This document shows, piece after piece, positions 59,701 to 64,000 of a stretch of 64,000 bases of DNA. Position numbers and translations under genes: made by a program. The notes under the pieces are model-generated. The model was not told the origin of the DNA and made no database searches. It was given only the letters and a program-made list of their open reading frames with translations. This stretch comes from Marsupella aquatica (lineage: Eukaryota > Plantae > Marchantiophyta): NCBI GenBank assembly GCA_973895155.1, contig OZ316891.1:24985899-25049898 (forward strand), read 5' to 3'. Each line of letters opens with the position of its first letter. Positions within the stretch are counted from its first letter, which is position 1.

Positions 59701-62700
59701 AAAGGTTTCTTCCAACCGTGCGAGCCTCATCCCTCCATACACCGGTGCATCACTCTCCTCCTGGTCTGGTCGGGATGGAGGTGGATCCTTTGTCACATGG
59801 GCCATTATTTCTTCAACGTCAGATTCTTTGTAATGTGACAATAGCTCCTCTCTAAAGTCATCATCCAGGATGTCATTCAAAAACTGCTCTCTTTGCTCAT
59901 CATCAAACATGATCGTGTGGGCTTGCATTTCCACCTCCTCGGGGTGATCCTCTGCCTCCCTATCATGAATCTCTAGAGGTTCAGCCTCCACAATTTTGCT
60001 TCGCTCGTCTTCCATCTCTTCTAGAACAGCGTGCACTTGGCTAACTGATTCCTCTACTGCATGCTCTTGAGTAGCAACTCCGGGGCCAAAAACATCTTCC
60101 TCCGTGAGGTGAGAAATCAGTTTCACCATGTATACTTCATCCTCGTCTTCATCTGAGGTGACCTCTGAATCATATTCCTCCTCCATAGTCGTAGTCTCCC
60201 CGTGAGGTGACTCCGCTGACCATGGAATAGTGATAGTGGGGATACCAAACCGAAACTGCCGTTTGCCCCAATCACTTGTGACCTTGGCCACATACAACCA
60301 TGGCCTGCCAATTAAAATGGGAAAACCGTACGGCCGAACGGGTCGCATCACCAAATAGTTGAGGGGGAAAGATTTTCCCCCAATCATTGTTGGAATCTTG
60401 GTGAGACACCCCAACGGCACCACCCGTGCACCATCAGCCAACCTCATGGCACGTGCCGGTGGTTCTAACTCTGTATACCCCAACCGGTTTGCCGTCTCCT
60501 CAGTCATGATGTTGACTCCCGAGCCCCCGTCCACCGGTACAAACCGTATTGCACATCCATTGATGTCCACCGTGAGTTCTGGGGCACCCAAATCCTCCGT
60601 GACCCAGTTGACTTGTATGGGGTCAGCCCCAACTTTGGGTAACCTTCTTCTACGTCTCCTCCTCATGAGAATCTCCTTGACTTGGCGACGGTATAGGGAG
60701 CTATCCCGTAATAGTTGACCAATTGTGGCACTGACTGGGCAATCCAGAATGTCTTGAGCAATGTTGTACGCGGTTGCAGGAGGTATGGGTGGGATGACCT
60801 CTTCTCCCGGTTTCCAACGAACAACCCTCTCCTCCGCTTTCTTTCTGGCCTTTGCCTCCTCCATGTCTTTGTCAATGGCCGCTTGCATGGCTTGTGCTTC
60901 TAGCTCCTCCAACTGCTTACGTACCTCTTCTCCCACCTTCGGATAGAACAACTTGGGGTTGTCCCGATCAAAGTCACTATCCTCCATGGGTGGCACCTCC
61001 GGTTCGTGTGAGGTACCCGATGTGGAAGCTTGATGCACCTCCTTGTACTTCTGCTTGAGCTCGGACTTGCCCTTCTTTTTGCCGGATCGAGTGGAGACTC
61101 GGTAACAAGAGTAATGCCTTCTCTCCTCGTCGCTGTCTTCCTCCGGTAGATTCTCAGCATGAGTCCACTCATGACTTGGGGGTGAGGGGTTAGCAACTTC
61201 AACTTCCGTAGATGTTGCAACAACAACCACCGGTATCTCAACAACTGGAGATACTACAACGACTAGCGGTACCACCTCCTCCGTTATGGTGGTCATCCTT
61301 TGCTTGGGAATGTTCACTACGGTTTCTTCTCTTCTAGTGATTAGAGGGGTGTCGACTGCTTCCGTGGTGAGAAAGTTGACGCTAGCTTCTTTCAGAGGAG
61401 GTGGCGGCCCCTTCTTCTCTTGTGCCCCAATCGGTTGAGCCTTGAACGCCTCCAAGGTTGGGCAGTGTGGTGCAAGATGACCCTCCCCCTTGCATAGTTG
61501 ACACAGCCGGGCAAAATCTCCATTGCCTTGACGGGTGGGCTCTGGGCACACATTAGCGTAGTGGCCCGCCACTCTACAATTGTAACAAATAGGGATCTTC
61601 CTCACTCCAGGGTACGGTGGTCGATTCCCTGGGTTAGCGTTGGGATAGTTGGAGTATGCGGGTGCTCCGGCGTTTGTTGAAACTCCATGAATGCTCCGTG
61701 GTCCCGGGTTGAGAGGTTGTACACTATACACGTTGGCCTCTGGTGGCTCCTCCATGAAGTACTCTATTGGCCCTTCCGCTGCATATGAAGGATTTGAGTA
61801 GCTTGCCCCCTCAACATCCTCCTCCCGTACTTGGAAAACCTTGGCTGGTTCTCCCGCTGGGCACTCCTTCGGGGCATGACCAAACTTCATGCACTTGGTG
61901 CACCACACATTGGCTCTCTCCACCGGAACTTTTCTCCTCTCAGGTTTGAGTCCGGCAAAATGTACTTTCAACGCTTTCATTTGCTCCGTCAGCTCATCAT
62001 ATCTGGCCTCTTGCTCCTTCAGGCGTCTTGCCGTAGACAATGGTGTAACGGCCACCGTGGGTAGTATCACTTCACGGTGAGAGGACTTCTTGACTTTCTT
62101 TGACAACTTCTTCTTCTTCCTCCTTCGTCTTTCAGCTTCTGACTCCGTAGTGTCTGACTCTGTAGTACTCTCAGAATCCTCAGATTCATCACTACTATCT
62201 GAATCAGATCCACTCGACTCCTCACTGGAGGAACTGTCAACCGGCTTCAGCTTCTTTCTTCGGCAACGCTTGCTTGTGGCATCAGCTGCGGTGTATGACT
62301 CCGCTGCTGCAATAGCTTCAGCCAATGTGGTTGGCTTGGCTTGACGTACAAAGAACCCCATCTTGCTTGGTAGGGCAGCCACAAACCAGGCTTGACGCAT
62401 AGCATCATCGGTACGGGCTTGGATCCGACGTACCAGCTTTTGGAACCTTTGCAAAAACCTCCGTAATGACTCCTTCTTCTTCATCCTGAGTTGGCCCACC
62501 TTTAATAGTGAGGTGGCCTCCACTCCTATGGATCTGAACTCCTTCAAGAAGGCTTGCTTGAACAGAGCCCAATCAGCTTTCACGTTGGCCAACAACGAAA
62601 TGAACCATGGACCTGCCTCCCCTCTCATCATTCCAGGAATGATAGTGAGCTTATGTGCAGACTCCCCATTAGCTTCGGCAATCCCTTCAAACTCCTCAAT

Positions 62701-63183
62701 CCATTCGTCTGGATCATCCTTTGGTCTCCCCTTGAAGGGTACGTACTGAACACGGGTACGTTGTGCAGCTGCCATCGGTGCAGCCGGTGCCTGTATCAAC
62801 ACAGGTGGTAATGGCGCTTGTTGGGCCACCGGTAACAGCACCGATGATAGGTGTGAGATGATTTGTGGCAATGCAGTGAGCTCTGGGATCAGATTTTGTA
62901 ACTCAGACTGCACCAACACAAAGGGCTCTCCTTCTTCTCGCTCGTGATCTATGTCTGGCTCTTCGTCTGGGCATATGGCCTCATTACGTTGAGCCTCTTC
63001 CTGTTGCACACCAACTTGTTCTTCCAGCACCAGTGGCAACCTCCTCTCTTCTGCAAGCCGTAAGCGTTCTTCGGCAGCAACTCGTCGTCTGGTCCCAATC
63101 CAAGAGGGCCCCCCTTCTAGCTCTGATCTTGGGGTACGTGTGTGTTGGGGACTTCCTCTACCTCCCCTTCTCCCTCTCGGCAT
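56785..63183 (-). CDS. gag-pol: Intact Gag-Pol polyprotein (2132 aa) of element E
   Basis: Gag core, three CCHC knuckles, PR VPVDGGSGVN, RT LDGYSGYNQ/FIDD, RH, IN WGVDF/SDRG/NGLTER, GPY; no stops. Confidence 0.97.
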   Translation of the reverse strand: MPRGRRGGRGSPQHTRTPRSELEGGPSWIGTRRRVAAEERLRLAEERRLPLVLEEQVGVQQEEAQRNEAICPDEEPDIDHEREEGEPFVLVQSELQNLIPELTALPQIISHLSSVLLPVAQQAPLPPVLIQAPAAPMAAAQRTRVQYVPFKGRPKDDPDEWIEEFEGIAEANGESAHKLTIIPGMMRGEAGPWFISLLANVKADWALFKQAFLKEFRSIGVEATSLLKVGQLRMKKKESLRRFLQRFQKLVRRIQARTDDAMRQAWFVAALPSKMGFFVRQAKPTTLAEAIAAAESYTAADATSKRCRRKKLKPVDSSSSEESSGSDSDSSDESEDSESTTESDTTESEAERRRRKKKKLSKKVKKSSHREVILPTVAVTPLSTARRLKEQEARYDELTEQMKALKVHFAGLKPERRKVPVERANVWCTKCMKFGHAPKECPAGEPAKVFQVREEDVEGASYSNPSYAAEGPIEYFMEEPPEANVYSVQPLNPGPRSIHGVSTNAGAPAYSNYPNANPGNRPPYPGVRKIPICYNCRVAGHYANVCPEPTRQGNGDFARLCQLCKGEGHLAPHCPTLEAFKAQPIGAQEKKGPPPPLKEASVNFLTTEAVDTPLITRREETVVNIPKQRMTTITEEVVPLVVVVSPVVEIPVVVVATSTEVEVANPSPPSHEWTHAENLPEEDSDEERRHYSCYRVSTRSGKKKGKSELKQKYKEVHQASTSGTSHEPEVPPMEDSDFDRDNPKLFYPKVGEEVRKQLEELEAQAMQAAIDKDMEEAKARKKAEERVVRWKPGEEVIPPIPPATAYNIAQDILDCPVSATIGQLLRDSSLYRRQVKEILMRRRRRRRLPKVGADPIQVNWVTEDLGAPELTVDINGCAIRFVPVDGGSGVNIMTEETANRLGYTELEPPARAMRLADGARVVPLGCLTKIPTMIGGKSFPLNYLVMRPVRPYGFPILIGRPWLYVAKVTSDWGKRQFRFGIPTITIPWSAESPHGETTTMEEEYDSEVTSDEDEDEVYMVKLISHLTEEDVFGPGVATQEHAVEESVSQVHAVLEEMEDERSKIVEAEPLEIHDREAEDHPEEVEMQAHTIMFDDEQREQFLNDILDDDFREELLSHYKESDVEEIMAHVTKDPPPSRPDQEESDAPVYGGMRLARLEETFDEETRNKLDVIRPEQYTKVEVGEGKTLNIGSKLDATEQRTIQELLKEYQDVFAWSHQDLKGVPPEFGEHSIDLMSGARPVRQRQYRLNPKYSLMVKEEIDRLLDAGFIYPVMHSEWVSPIVIVPKKKGPDGKVKIRVCQDFRKLNDATKKDHYPLPFTDIVLDMVAGWEIYSFLDGYSGYNQIWIREEDQLKTAFTTEWGIFAFRRMPFGLCNAPGMFQRLMMNIFHDFLRRFLEIFIDDFAVYGKRVKHPEHLRLTFQRCRETCLKLHPEKCFFGIEEGILLGHKVSARGIEVDREKVAVWVAVSFPKNVKEVRGFLGCVGYYRRFIKDFAKVAMPLTSMLKKGSEFEPTPSRQAAFDELKKRLLEAPVLITPNWNKEFHVYVDVSGFCIGAVLSQLDDDGRDHPIYFASRQLAPAEKNYSPTDREALGIIYACKKYRHYLLGYKVVFHTDHNSLKYMVNKPDLSGRIARWVLLLQEFNYEVRVRSGKSHSNADFFSRIEGASDSQEIDDRFPDEEVFSVNTEATTWYGEILEFLRTARVPSRLGPERAAVFLRKTGPYLLVKGVLHKYGMDGRLRRCLEEAEIRTVMAALHEEEAGGHFARETTARKILDAGYWWPTLFRDVHRYIQRCDPCQRQGKPGPSSRHPLVPILPLAPFEKWGVDFIGPFTPITRRGRKRYIILATDYATKWVEARATAKDDANTTARFLYEQIFTRFGPPLELVSDRGTHFLNHTIERLTENYLISHRKTTPYHPRANGLTERANGIMGKILNKTVSAHKTDWDLKLLAATYAYNLAHKTTTGHSPYFLVFGQHSLVPVEFEVPTIRILTREREGAEESVASRIQQLEQLTETREEALTHTEQEQGKRKSHYDSRLRRVSIEEGDLVLLYDSRFMHFPGKLHTRWMGPYVVDAVYSNGSVQLKTLEGQLLNTRINQERLKKYYTEEEYGARGGASQLREELCDGYPVTGSHT

Positions 63184-63398
63184 CCCATTGAGACCTGCAT
63201 TCCAAACTTACACCAATGTCTAAGAAAGCAATATTTGTAAACATCAACCGTCGCACGATGCGTTGTGGTTGACGTACAATAACAAAGTAACCAACAAACT
63301 TCTCACGTATCAACCGTCGCAAGTTGCGTTGTGGTTGATAGGTTTGAACTCCCAATAGACGTAGCTCCCCTCCTTCGTGTCGTCAAACAAGAAGAAGG

Positions 63399-63418
63399 AT
63401 TCCCCGGCAGCGGCGCCA
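63399..63418 (-). promoter_or_regulatory. Primer-binding site (tRNA-Asp type) of element E
   Basis: TGGCGCCGCTGCCGGGGAAT, 20 nt from the LTR end. Confidence 0.85.
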
Positions 63419-63438
63419 AAAACAAAAGACCACACTTA

Positions 63439-64000
63439 TGTCACTTGCCTCTCCAACGGTTAATACGTGCAAACCGCACTTTTCTTCGCTTAAACCGTTG
63501 GTATCGTATTACGGGGTCGTGGAGGGACGCTATTTGGATTCTTTTCACACCAGGATGAGTATTTTGGTTTCCGCTCCCGGAAATGTAGGTTTTGATCAAG
63601 TCTACCGACTACCCTCACCCCACAGCTTTTGATCAAGTCCTGCCGACTACCCCACTACACCTTCACTCGGAGTCACCCAAAGAGTGCTGTCACCACCCCT
63701 ACTCACAAGGCCGACTCAAACCAAGCAAGTTTCTTCAAATCATAGAACGGGAGAACACAATTCGGAAAGCGAAAAAGGGAGAAGGAACACACAACAAAAG
63801 CCCATCAAGTCAAATGTACAGATCCATATCTCTTGGGAAAAATGATACACATTGCATGAGTAACCCGGCCTCCTGCCGTCTACTCAACTCCTGCCTCTCC
63901 GGACAATGAGTATGGCTCCCCCTCACTACTCTGAACACGCTTTCAAACTCCTCAGGCTCCACTCTATCCCTCCTTGCTAACTTCACACTGAGTCCCCCTA
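63439..64000 (-). repeat. 5' LTR of element E (partial)
   Basis: Direct repeat of 52818-53379. Confidence 0.95.

Larger units (their letters stand above)
52818..64000 (-). mobile_element. Ty3/gypsy non-chromovirus (Athila-like) LTR retrotransposon E, intact; 5' LTR runs off the window
   Basis: LTRs appear identical over the 562 bp available, tRNA-Asp PBS, PPT, single 2132-aa Gag-Pol and an extra ORF. Confidence 0.95.

Overview
This is eukaryotic, repeat-dense plant DNA. A non-seed land plant is inferred from the transposon lineages but cannot be proven from the window. No clear host gene is present; the window is a nest of transposable elements. Left to right: (1) the end of an LTR (1-101); (2) a CACTA/En-Spm element ending at a CACTACAA terminus at 9015, with a spliced TnpD-type transposase (-), a SET-domain exon inside its first intron and a divergently transcribed TnpA-like gene (+); (3) the 3' half of LTR element A (9016-13055); (4) a complete, young Athila-like Ty3/gypsy element B (13262-26774, TSD CATAG); (5) an intron-containing Sola2-like transposase pseudogene (28121-32474); (6) a Bianca-like Ty1/copia remnant split by chromovirus C (33939-45044, TSD GAAGC); (7) a putative DNA element D (from about 46255) with a ~145-bp satellite, a beta-class N4/N6 amino-methyltransferase-like gene and a Ulp1 protease; (8) an intact Athila-like element E (52818 to beyond the window end). 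Best candidates for new biology: a CACTA first exon that can splice in frame to either a SET domain or the transposase; a transposon-linked amino-MTase-like plus Ulp1 cassette; a TGA-CAATTA readthrough signal between protease and RT in element B; a second aspartic protease behind B's extra ORF; non-TG/CA LTR ends in C; and element-specific palindromic arrays. All domain calls are by-eye motif recognition; no searches were run.
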